Source: Diplonema japonicum (taxonomy: Eukaryota; Protista; Euglenozoa: Diplonemea). From it: a DNA stretch of 64,000 nucleotides. The translations under genes and the position numbers were made by a program. Of this stretch, positions 1 through 12,543 are shown piece by piece (position 1 is the first letter of the stretch; each line of letters begins with the position of its first letter). The stretch covers positions 434,001-498,000 of the forward strand of contig OZ025693.1 in NCBI GenBank assembly GCA_964019335.1, read 5' to 3'. The notes under the pieces were generated by a model. The model had not been told where the DNA came from. It was given only the letters and a program-made list of their open reading frames with translations, and did no database searches.

Positions 1-2369
<2,369 letters not shown>

Positions 2370-2520
2370 TTTTTTTTTTTTTTTTTTTTTTTGTTGTTGT
2401 GTGCTTTCTCTAAAGGTTCTGACGCCATTGCGCGATTTTTTCCACTTTGTTTGGCTAAATGCTGCCCTTTTTCAGCATTATTTTAAGAATTTGAGAGGTC
2501 GAAAATCCGGGGGGAAATGA

Positions 2521-2990
2521 TTTGAGAATGAAGAATACTCGACTGGAGCAGGGAAGAGCCCTCTCCAGCTTTTTTATTCGTTTTTTACACCATACACCCT
2601 CCGATGCCTGACAGCATTCACAAACAACCACCTGGAGCGCCGCAAAATCGACAAAAGAGTCACGGAAGCCGAAATCCGAGCGTTTCTGGGCCTATGGGTG
2701 TTAATGGACCTCACCATCCGTCCCAACTTCCGTGACTACTGGAAAACCGATCCTGACTCCATTATGCACACTCAGGGGTTTGCGCGCGTCATGTCCGGAA
2801 ACCGGTTTGAGCTGTTCTTTGGAAACATATATCTGTGCAAGGACCCATCCCGGAACCCTGATCGAGATGAGATCAGCCCGGCATGACAAACTCTACAAGG
2901 CCCGCTGACTGGTTGAAGCTGCGATGCAGCGTTGGGGAAAGGCCTCCCGGACTATCAAGGAACGGGGGCAGGTGATGAAAAGGGGAGAGT
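2521..2990 (+). pseudogene. piggyBac-type transposase (DDE_Tnp_1_7-like) fragment, disrupted
   Basis: Frame from 2521 reads SPLQLFYSFFT...VTEAEIRAFLGLWVLMDLTIRPNFRDYWKTD...FARVMSGNRFELFFGNIYLC, then after a frameshift HDKLYKAR*LV. This matches the PGBD pattern E.KAFLGL...DYW...VMS.NRF...DKLYK.RP. Confidence 0.75.
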
Positions 2991-3229
2991 TCCGTGTGTT
3001 CCAACGAAACAGGCCCGGCATGCACTTTTTTTTTGTGGCAGGGCGGAAAGCTTGTGCTTCTCCTGAGCGCACCCCCCTTTCAAGCCAAAGATGACCGCCA
3101 CTCGTCAAAGATGGGTCGGCAAGGCAAAGAAAAAGTCCAGGGTCGCCTTTCCCATTCCAAAGGTCGTTGAAACCTACACCTCCCTTATGGGGGGTGTAGA
3201 TGGGAACGACGCTGCCACCAAGGGGGTCT

Positions 3230-3450
3230 ACTTTGAGCATTTATGAAACTAAGGGGACTGAATTCAAGCATTTTAAAACTTAGGGGTTGAGTATGAGTTT
3301 TTTTGAAGACTTGGGGTACTACACAGAGATTTAAGAAACCTTGGGGACCGGATCAGAAACTTTTTCCTCCTTAAAGATAGACCTTGAACATTTCTCAAAC
3401 TAAGGGGGTGGATTTTGAGCATTTCTCGAACTTAGGGGTCAAGTTAGAAG
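3230..3450. repeat. Degenerate ~30-bp tandem repeat (consensus ~GAGCATTT...AAACTTAGGGG), probably subterminal repeats of a DNA transposon
   Basis: Recurrent AACT(T/A)AGGGG or CTTGGGG at ~30-nt spacing (near 3248, 3278, 3310, 3340, 3398, 3429). Confidence 0.5.
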
Positions 3451-4425
3451 TTTTCTCTTAAATAAATAATGTTAGTTCTTTTTTTTTTCTTTTCTTTTCT
3501 TTTGCAGGGGACGAGGATTGGGGGAAGTAGGTTTTGTTTTTTAAAAAAAAGAAAATAAAAAAATCAGGTATATAAATAAAAAAAGAGGGGAAAAAAAGGG
3601 GGGGGAGAACTGGTCGTTGCACGTGCAGGGGGGTAGAACCCAATACGTTGCCAAAAACAAAGCCCCCCCCCCCCCCCTTGTTCGTATAGACAAGTCAAAA
3701 GACTCGTTTTTTCTTTCTTTTTTTTTTCTTTCAAAAAGGAAATGGGGGTGTTGTCTCAATTAAAAAGAATTATGTTCAGTTAAGAAAAAAGAAGGAAAAA
3801 AAAAAAAAAAAGAGAAAAATTACAAACACAACACGCGAATTTGGATTTTCTACCAAACTCCACCAAAACGGTTTTCAAAATATTTTGTCCACCCATCCAC
3901 GGTAACTTCGAAAGTGGTACTCACCATCCACAGTGACCACCAAGGTTGACGTTACCGTGCACTTGGTGGAAATCGAAATTAGGGTATCAAGTTTGGTGGA
4001 AAATGAAATTCAGGTTGGCATGAACGGTGGAAATTTTTCATTTGGCTGCCTGCGTTTGTAGTTTTTCTCAAAAAAAAAGGGGGTAGAGGGGAAAAAAAAA
4101 AAAAAGAAACACACTACTCTCGGAAAGAACAAAAAAAAAAAGAATAAAACTAGGAAGTTTTGTGGGAGAGAGAACGAAAAGCAGAAATCTTTCTTGTAAA
4201 AGCCTCTTCCTTCTCTCCCCCCCCCCCCCCCCACCTTGCGTGGCTTATTCATAAAAAGAAACGTAGGTTCCTTTTACCCCTCTTTTTTTTTTCATCTTCC
4301 CCCCCTTCTCGTCAAAAAAAACCCGCAACAGAGAGAGAAAAAAAAAGATTACCATCTTTTAATTTTTTTTTTCCTTCCTTTCTTTTTTTTTCTATATTCC
4401 CCCCCCCCCCCCCCTCCCCCATTTC

Positions 4426-5825
4426 TCAAATAGTAGGAAGTGCTTCGCTATGCTCGGGCTTGCTCAAAGGGGTCAAAGGTTCTTTATCGGGGTTGGCGAT
4501 CGTGCTGGCCAGCTTGAAAAGGTGCAGCCAATGCTCTAAAGTTTCTTTAGAATCTGGTTGAAATGACACATTAGGAGAGAAGTCGGACTCAATGGTGAAG
4601 GCTGCCTCACTCTCTTCAAATATTATATCCGTGTCGGCAAGCGGGACAAGAAGCAGCCCAGCTGCCGAGCTTTTATCAGGACGAATCGTGTACCAGAACT
4701 CATAAAGGACGACATACCGCCGCCCCCAGTTGGACCCCAACCAAGAATCCCCTGTCTTTGTGATTAAGTAACCTGCACCTAGCGGCTTCATTCTAGATAA
4801 ATTGCTATTCTTAACATGGTCCAACATAGTCTTCAACATGTTTTTGTAGTAAGGGACGCACGGCCGTTCTGGGTAATTTGAGAACACCTTTGTGTACATG
4901 TCACGCGCTTCCTTGTCGGCAACCCTGTCAGGGTTTGCTTGCAATATTGCAGCCTCTATGCGAACCGCCCACATTAGTTTTTCTGCTTCGTTTTCCGAGT
5001 ATAACAAAAAGGAGCCTTTTGTCGGGTGCGTGAGATTGAAGACATAACCGCCATCTTCTAGATCAGGTGCATCGACCACTGTAGCTCCCTTCAGCGGGAT
5101 AATATCGTAGGCGTCGTCAGTAGGTTCCGTGCCAATGTAGAAGTGTTGGCATATCAAGATGCACCATTTCTTTTGTCTGGAAGCAAGCCAGCCGCCGGTG
5201 TGTTCCCAGAGGTATCCTGAGTAGTAGAATTTCTTCTCTTGGATGATCAAAGGGAGCGAGGTGTTGATGGTGGGTTCCACTTCAGCGCAGGCCAGTGCTG
5301 GGAGAAGAGCTGCGTCTTTCTTCTCGTACTTCTTGACCACTTCCTGCAGGAGCTCTTCTTCTTTTCCGGGAAATCGGGATAGTAGTTCATCCACTACATT
5401 TAGCTGAGGGTTGTTGTTGTTGTTGTTGTTGTTGTTGTGGTGTGTTGTACCTTTTCAGGGCAGTGTTGTGTGTATTGTTCCACTAGTTTTTCCCTCACAT
5501 TTTTTACCCTCTCGATTTCTCCGTATTTTTCCGTGACTTCTTTGATCAGATTTTGCTCGTTTCCTTTGTAGAGTTCCAGGATCCTCGGTATTTCGGAAAG
5601 CTGTTTTCTTTTTTTTTTTCCATTTTTTTTTTTCCCGCCGCTGTTGGTACCTTCAGTTCGTCGTGTTTAGTGTATGTAGCTGTCAGCAGCTTCCTTGCTT
5701 CCTCCTCCAATCCCTTGTGTTCCTCGCCTGCGTCTTTTGCGTCGTCGTCCTGCAGTGTGGTGCGTGGGACTTCCCCCCCCCCTTTTTTTTACCTTAGCAT
5801 TGCTACCACCCCACCAAAAACTCAT
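4426..5825 (-). CDS. Protein with two N-terminal helical repeats (Y..H..K|L..I..LL..Y.G.E..L...V..KY) and two PH domains
   Basis: Exons 5825-5793, 5749-5651, 5600-5451, 5403-4426; phase-0 introns 5750-5792 (43 nt), 5601-5650 (50 nt), 5404-5450 (47 nt). Start MSFWWGGSNAK follows T-tract-AG-AAA. PH motifs: YSGYLWEH...KKWCIL...EAEKLMWAVRI and AGYLITK...WGRRYVVL...LEHWLHLF. Confidence 0.85.
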
Positions 5826-6055
5826 TTTCTAAAAAAAAAAAAACTTTTTTGTGTGCGTTGTGTTCTGTGGGAGGGGGGTTTTTTTTTTCTAATTGAGGGG
5901 TGTCGAGAGGTATTCAGAAGGTTTAAGAAAAACGATTTTTTTATTGTCTTTTTTTGTGTAGAGAATAAAAAAATATGAGTTAAAAGGAGGTCTTTGTGTG
6001 ACGCCCTATAAAAAAAGAAAAACAAGAGGGAAAGATCCGACCTGTCCTGTCAGAC

Positions 6056-6090
<35 letters not shown>

Positions 6091-6092
6091 TT

Positions 6093-6675
6093 CACTCTTC
6101 AGAAATTACTTCACGCACTGGGGGGCCCATTACTTCACGCTAAATCTCATTACTTCACGGTGAAATAATGGCCTGTTTTCCGTGAAGTAATAGGGGGTTT
6201 CCGTTAAATAATATGCCTCGGTAGGCCATTTTTTGCCTCGGTTCGGTTCCCAGTGGGGCTACTTTTTCCTCTCAGTTTGCTATTTCCCCCCAGGTTCAGC
6301 TCAATTGGCCAACTTTTGCCTCGGCTCAGTTCCAAGTTGGACTACTTTTTCCTCCCAATTTGCCCACTTTTGGCTAGGCCTTGTTCCCAGTTTCTGTGGG
6401 TAACTCTTCTGTGGGTAAGGGTAACTTAGTCAGCTTACCCAAGCACCCCCAAAAGACTTCAAAATACCGAAGCAGCAGAAAAAAAGGAGCCAGCGGCCGC
6501 GCTAGGTATGGGAAGGCCTGATTAGAGATGGTGACAGTGGCAATGCCAGCGACAGCGGCAGCTCTTAGTCAACAAAAGGAGGAAAAACAACTTGTATTGT
6601 AACCTTTGTAACCCCTCTCTTGTTGTACCCCTTGTCACCCTGTTGTGCCCCTCGTGGTGAAGTAATTTCAGAGTG
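6093..6675. mobile_element. MITE-like element with imperfect terminal inverted repeats and ATTACTTCAC subterminal repeats
   Basis: Left end CACTCT(TCA)GAAATTACTTCAC; right end GTGAAGTAATTTCAGAGTG is its reverse complement. ATTACTTCACG repeats at 6105, 6129 and 6149, inverted near 6182. No clear target-site duplication. Confidence 0.5.
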
Positions 6676-7211
6676 TCGTGAAATAAAACCACTTACCTGC
6701 GGGCCCTCGACGGTAAAATGCGGAACCTCGAGGTAACGGTAAAGTCATTACTTGTTGGCAGTAAATAGCTATTACTTTTTTTTTTTTTGAAACGTTATTT
6801 CTACTTTTCTTCTCTTCTTGTAAACCACATATTACGAGCCCGGTGAAAAAAAAAAAAGAAAAAAAAGAGAAAACGAAAAAAATGTTTGAAAAAAAAAAAG
6901 AAGAGAGAACCCGACACAAGGGGTGGGGTGGGACAAGTGCTTCTTTTATTATTTCTTTCTTTTTTTTTTCTTCGGTATCACAGTACCAAAGCCCGGGTCA
7001 AACCTACTGTTTTACCAATCTTTTTCAAGTTTTTGGTGGTTCGAGGTGTTGTTACAACCTCGGGTTAAGTCCTTTACAAACTACCCTCGACTCGAAAAAT
7101 CTTTTCGGACAGTGGCAAGAGACATTTTATTTTTCTTTCATTTTCTTTCTGTTCGTAGTTCTACTTCCCTGAGAAGAGCGTGGGTAGCCTACGGACGAGA
7201 GGAAGAGAAGC

Positions 7212-7270
<59 letters not shown>

Positions 7271-7488
7271 CCCCATTGAAAAACACCGCTCGAGCAAAAA
7301 AAAAGGGGGGGGGAGAACTCTATCATCCACGTTAGCCAGTTTAAAAAATGGGTTATCGTGGATAGTGGAAACTGTATTTAAAAAGAAAAAAAAAAAAAAA
7401 AGAAAGAAAAAGAGAGCGGTCTAGTGTTTTTCTCATTTTTTCTCTCTCTCAGCGTTTCTAGAATTGACCAAAAACCAAGCCGTCGTCC

Positions 7489-8361
7489 TCAGCGAGGGGC
7501 ATGGTTGACATTGCGAGAGCCGGCCAAATAGTCACACCACTGAGTAATACCGTAATTGCAATTATTCATTGTGTGGTGGTTGTCGTGGAAGAGAACGTTG
7601 TGCTCCTCCAGCCCCAAGGGCCGTGTGATGATCGACAACGGCGGGAAGTAGGACACAGTAGGGACCTCCTTCCCCACGTGCGACCCCGTCTCGTACCACA
7701 GCATGTATGAGAAGAGAAGCGATATCTCGTAAAAGGAGAGGCTGTACCCAATCCCTATGAGTATCTGCAGACCGACAAAAACAGGGAGAAACCCTTCCAG
7801 AAGGATATCGATAAAGTGAAAGTTAAGGTTTGTCGCCACCGCATGACAACTAGTATGAGAATGGTGCTTCTTGTGGACCCAGTACACGAAAGGTAGGTGC
7901 TCCACACGGTGGGCGGCGTAGAAGAGCACATCGACGATTAAACGCATGATCACCAGTTTTTGTGTGTAAAACTCAAACATATCAAACGCGCCTGTCTTCT
8001 GCGCCTCGTACAGGTCGGGAGGCTGCTCCATTATCATCGGGATCAGCAAGAGCAAGGCTATCCCGTTGGCTACGCAGTTGCACCAGAACCACGAGACGAG
8101 TGTATCCCACATACCCTGCTCGTGCTTGAACGGTGTCTTTGAGAGGTATGGTATGTCCGAGTATATATGCTTCGAGATGATAAGGTGCAGCAGTATCCCC
8201 AGCTCTATTGTAAACCAGCTCCCAACCGTCCCGTACACTAGGTTCTCCCACCACGACATCTGCTCTGGCACAGGGACCAGCCAGTCCCTCGTCGTCGCCA
8301 TCAGAAGGATGGCCGCATTCTCCAACACCCATGCCTTCGCCACGAACACCCAATCTGTCAT
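7489..8361 (-). CDS. Fatty acid hydroxylase / sterol desaturase superfamily membrane protein
   Basis: His boxes HRVEH, HKKHH and HDNHH; hydrophobic segments; C-terminal NYG..QWCDYLAGS. Confidence 0.85.
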   Translation of the reverse strand: MTDWVFVAKAWVLENAAILLMATTRDWLVPVPEQMSWWENLVYGTVGSWFTIELGILLHLIISKHIYSDIPYLSKTPFKHEQGMWDTLVSWFWCNCVANGIALLLLIPMIMEQPPDLYEAQKTGAFDMFEFYTQKLVIMRLIVDVLFYAAHRVEHLPFVYWVHKKHHSHTSCHAVATNLNFHFIDILLEGFLPVFVGLQILIGIGYSLSFYEISLLFSYMLWYETGSHVGKEVPTVSYFPPLSIITRPLGLEEHNVLFHDNHHTMNNCNYGITQWCDYLAGSRNVNHAPR

Positions 8362-8510
8362 CCCGGCACCTTGTCTGGACTGTTCAAGAACTGGTTAGAA
8401 ACGTGGTAGGGGGGAAGGGTTCAAAAAAAAAAAGACGTACAGTACAAATGGTGAAAGAAAATAATGGGTACACAGTAGATTTAAGGGGGAGGGGAGGGGG
8501 GAGATACACG

Positions 8511-9815
8511 TCAGCCTGATATCTCGACGACCCACTGCCGTGCTCTAGGGGGGCTGACCCGTTTGTGCGACGGCAGAGTGTAGTGTAGTGGCTGGGCGAC
8601 CGGAAGGCTGACAGACTTCCGCTTAACAGGAACCGGCGTGAAGACGTTGGTGGCGGTTGCCGAGATGTAACTAGAGGTGTCTGCCGTACCTGCGGAGTAG
8701 AAGGATGACTGCTGCTGGGGTGTCAGAGATGCTGCTGCGACGGGCGCTGCTGTTGCTGCGATCGGTGCCAAGGGGCTGACGCTTACCCTGCGAGGCAGGC
8801 TGCCATCAGCCAAGGCCGACCCTGAGGCGTTCATGGCGGGTCCCGAAGCGTTCATGGCTGATCCCGAGGCTGATCCCGAAGCGTTCATGTTCATGAGCAC
8901 GTCTGCGTCTGCGTAGCTGCGCCAGTCATAACTATCGCCCGGCAGCTCGGCAACCTCCTCGATGGAAGGCGACATGCTGTCTCTGGCGGGGGGGGCGTCC
9001 ACAGAAAAATCATCACACTGCACGTACTCCTCCGCTACCGGCGGCATAGGTATGGGCATGGGTCGGGCCACATGTGCGGGCTCAGGCTGCTCGTAAAAGA
9101 CTGGGGAAGCTTCATGGATGGGAGTAGCTTCATGGACGGAGGAGGGCTCTAGCGAAGGTTCAGGCTTGGGCTCGAAAGTCCTAGGTAGGGGAACGGGGCT
9201 ACTTGTCCTCTTCGGGAAGGGCTCAGAAACAGGTTTTTCTCGGAAGGCCACCGCCCCCCTCGTGACCTCTGTGTCGCCGTCAAGAGAAAGGTCGCTGAAG
9301 GCGTCCTCATCCCGCCGCTGGGGGCTGAAGGGGTGCCCCGTCTCGCCGTGGTACAGTAACGACGAGCAAAGCGAGGACACCGAGACACCCAGCCGGTCCT
9401 CTGTGTAACTAAAGGGGTGGCCTGTCTCGGCGTGGTACAGCAGCGAGTCGTCGGAGGGCGTAGTAGGCGTGTCCAGCTTGGTGTCCAGTGCAGTGAGCTC
9501 CTCTTCGATGGCGCTGATCTTCTCGTTGAGACGCTGTTCATAAACTGGGTTTTCCTGCAAAGAGGCTGCCGGCAGCACAATGTGCACACCATGCCCCTTC
9601 TTCACTACTGTCATTGCATGCATCACACGGAGCCACACATCTAGCACCACCAACCTGTTGTGGTCCAGCAGCTTCCGGAGTTTCCTCCTCTGCATGTCAG
9701 GGATGCACAGTTCCCTGCGCAGCATGGCATCCACTGCCCCCCACTCACAGCTGTCGTTCCCCCTGCTGCATCGGTGGAACATTTTACGCAGCTCTCTTTC
9801 TTTTATTATCTCCAT
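8511..9815 (-). CDS. Hypothetical protein with degenerate EH/EF-hand-like N-terminus, coiled coil and Pro/Ser-rich tail
   Basis: Long ORF; probable ATG at 9815 (MEIIKER). WLRVMHAMTVVKKGH..LPAASL resembles the EH-domain end EF..AMHLI....G..LP..L. Internal duplications SLLYH(A/G)ETGHPFS x2 and MNASG x3. Confidence 0.65.
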   Translation of the reverse strand: MEIIKERELRKMFHRCSRGNDSCEWGAVDAMLRRELCIPDMQRRKLRKLLDHNRLVVLDVWLRVMHAMTVVKKGHGVHIVLPAASLQENPVYEQRLNEKISAIEEELTALDTKLDTPTTPSDDSLLYHAETGHPFSYTEDRLGVSVSSLCSSLLYHGETGHPFSPQRRDEDAFSDLSLDGDTEVTRGAVAFREKPVSEPFPKRTSSPVPLPRTFEPKPEPSLEPSSVHEATPIHEASPVFYEQPEPAHVARPMPIPMPPVAEEYVQCDDFSVDAPPARDSMSPSIEEVAELPGDSYDWRSYADADVLMNMNASGSASGSAMNASGPAMNASGSALADGSLPRRVSVSPLAPIAATAAPVAAASLTPQQQSSFYSAGTADTSSYISATATNVFTPVPVKRKSVSLPVAQPLHYTLPSHKRVSPPRARQWVVEISG

Positions 9816-10782
9816 TTTCTTTTTTTTTTTGTCGGGTCCCCGCAATGTCTTCCCACGTGCTGAGATGTGTTGAAACAAAGAGGGGAAAGATTTAGGGCGG
9901 GGTAAGCACCAACCAACACGGCCGATAACTGAGCACGGGAACTAATAGGGTTCGGGTGTGGAGGGGGGGGTTCATTTTAGAAAAGAAAAACTTTTTTTTT
10001 GTCCCCCACTGGGCCTCCTTCACCTCCCCCTTTTTTTGTTTCCTCTTTTTGCTTACTGCAAACCTCTTTTTTTTTTTTTTTTTTTTTTGTTTCATTTCCA
10101 GGGATAAAAAAGCATTTTATGTATTTTGCCTCAAGGGAAGTAATTCTGTCACGAGTAAGATGTAAGACCCTGGTAACCCTTTCGCGACAGAATTAAAGCG
10201 TTTTACAGTGAGGTATGGTTTTTTGTATTATTATTTATTTGTTTTTTCTTTCTTTTTTCTTCTTAATTTCTTTTGTTCTGTTTGGCTTATTGCGGCAAGT
10301 TTGCAGCCTGCACAAAAAGGGGGGGGGGGGGGGAAGAGAAGGAACAGAGAAGAAAGACAAGGAAAGGGGGAAAAAAGACAGGGATTTTTTTCTTCTTGTT
10401 GATTTTCTTTTTTTTTTGTTTTTGAATTCCCCTTAACCTCTTACTGGTGAATCCGGTTCCTTGCATTTTTTTGTTTTTGTTTTTGTTTTGCTCCCTTTTT
10501 TTTTCCCCCTTCAAAATAACTTTCTTCTTCTCTCGTTTCCATCTGCAATCCCAATCGATATTTTTTTCTTCTTCTGTTTTCCCTCCTTTACTTCTATGAT
10601 GAATAATATAAAAATAAATAAAAATATCCTTTAACCCCATCATATCTCTGAAATCGTCTAAAAACAAGATTTTTTTTCTTCCTATTTCCTTCAGACAGCT
10701 CAGAGATGGTGAGGGGGTAAATTCTTACGGAGTCGTGCAAAGAAAAAAGTAAATAAACGTGAAGTCCAATCCGACAACATGA

Positions 10783-11677
10783 TCAATCTGTCCCTTCAAT
10801 CCCCTCCACACAATCCAGCCTATATTCCTCCTGCTCTGGCGATGAATACCGGGAAAGCGACCTTGCAGCGTACTCAGGTGTATATGCAGGATCTGCACAA
10901 GACCCATACCCTTGTTCGAAACCCAGGTTGTTAATCAGCAACGGCGCTGTAGGGGCAAACTCGGGCACGTCTTGATTGACAGAAAACTGCTGTTGCTGCT
11001 GCTGTAGCATGCCCCGGTCTTCTGTGCACAAGACGATGCCACCGTTGTCCGACACTGTCAAGGATGGCTGTGCCCCTGCAGGGCTCTTCCCACGATCCTG
11101 CAGCGAAGGATACTCTGGGATAGATTTGAAAGGCAAGCTGCCCGACGGGGTGGACGTCTTGTTGTGCTTCCCCTGGAACCACTGGTGGCTCAGCACCTTT
11201 GCCGCCGACGGCCGCAGTGCAGACGAGTAGCACGACATCTCTATCAACAGCTTCAGGACATCTGGTGATAACCGTTTGTAGATGGGGTGCGAGGTTTTGA
11301 TGCCTCTCTTCACTGCTGCCAGGTGCTGCACCGTCGACTTGCACGGGAAGGGCTCGTACCCTGTGAGCATGATGTGTAGCACAATACCCGCCGCGAAGAC
11401 GTCAAGGCCTGTGAGGCTCGTGTCCATCAGCCACGCCTTGCTGTTCCGCCCTCGGTTCGTCGTGTCGATCAGCTCAGGCGCTGCAAAGCCGTATGTCCCG
11501 CATGGTGTGCAAGACGTCAGCCCGCTTGGATGCGCCGGGGTCCCTCCTCCTGCTGCTATGTTGCTCGATGCCTGCGGGACAAGCAGCGATCGCGATTGTT
11601 CCCTCCCCTCCGGCCTTGCTGAAGTAGGGTACACCTTTGTAAACCCGAAATCAGCCACTTTGACAACACCGTCTCGG

Positions 11678-11711
<34 letters not shown>

Positions 11712-12459
11712 CCACACCGCTTGCGTGGAGGTACTTCAAGAACTCCATTAGTTGCCTGCACATATGTTTCGCCTCTGTCTCCGGCACAGGCCCTCGCTTC
11801 ACGATCCTGTCGAAAAGGTCCTCATCGGCTAGCTCCATGACTATGATGATATCAGTCTTTGTCTGCAGGACCCTTGGGCCGACCAGCTTGATGGCGTACT
11901 CGTGGTCGAGGCACTTGTGGATCTCGATCTCTCTCAGAATGATCTTCCACTTGTGGATGCCGAACACCGACTTCTTGTTGATGGTCTTCACGGCGACCAG
12001 CTCGTCTTGCATCTCACGGCACGCGGCCCTCTGCACACTCCCGTACGACCCCTTGGCGATGAACTTAGGCTTCCCAAACACATCCTCCCACTTACGGATT
12101 CTTCTGTATGGTAAGGGCAGCGACAACTGTGTCTCCCTGCTCACCTGTAAAAAGCAATTTATCGACCCTGGGTCCATGAAGCTGGCTACAGCATGCCACT
12201 CTGCAGTGTCGCCTTTCACGAACTGCATGAAGCCACTCTGCTTGCATCCTTTGCACCATCTCACGCCCACACGCTTCGCAGTGAGAAGCCTTTTCACGTC
12301 ACTGCACCCCATGCAACACCACCCGCCGCACAGCTTGCAGCTGGTCCTCTTTCTCAGACATCCAAAGCTCCTTTCGCACACCCTGCACACCCCTCTTGCT
12401 TCTGATGGACTCCGCAGCACATCACCCTCATCGACAGGGGTGCTCCCTCCTACCCCCAT
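10783..12459 (-). CDS. Ser/Thr protein kinase (CAMK-like) with N-terminal FYVE-like zinc finger
   Basis: CRVC..F...RKRTSCKLCG..CC..CS...WCKGC; kinase motifs IAKGSYGSV, VAVK, HRDIKPEN, DFG, CGTYGFAAPE. ATG 12459 lies 3 nt after a CACACAG acceptor. Confidence 0.9.
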
Positions 12460-12543
12460 CACCTGTGTGAGTATAGATGGGAAGAATATCGCGAGTTGGC
12501 TGGTTAGTACAATAAGTGTCTGTAACCTGAAATTGATGTGAAT

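Noticed and set aside
3240-3445. Interstitial telomeric TTAGGG repeats
   Set aside because: TTAGGG occurs singly within ~30-bp units, not as tandem hexamers.
6685-7100. Hairpins with internal loops that might be single-hairpin AGA-box snoRNAs
   Set aside because: Box placement is unconvincing and no rRNA target can be verified by eye; it needs a covariance search.
8391-8440. GTACG...CTAACCAG 50-nt intron candidate upstream of the hydroxylase
   Set aside because: No upstream coding exon or ATG; the AG is more simply the trans-splice acceptor.
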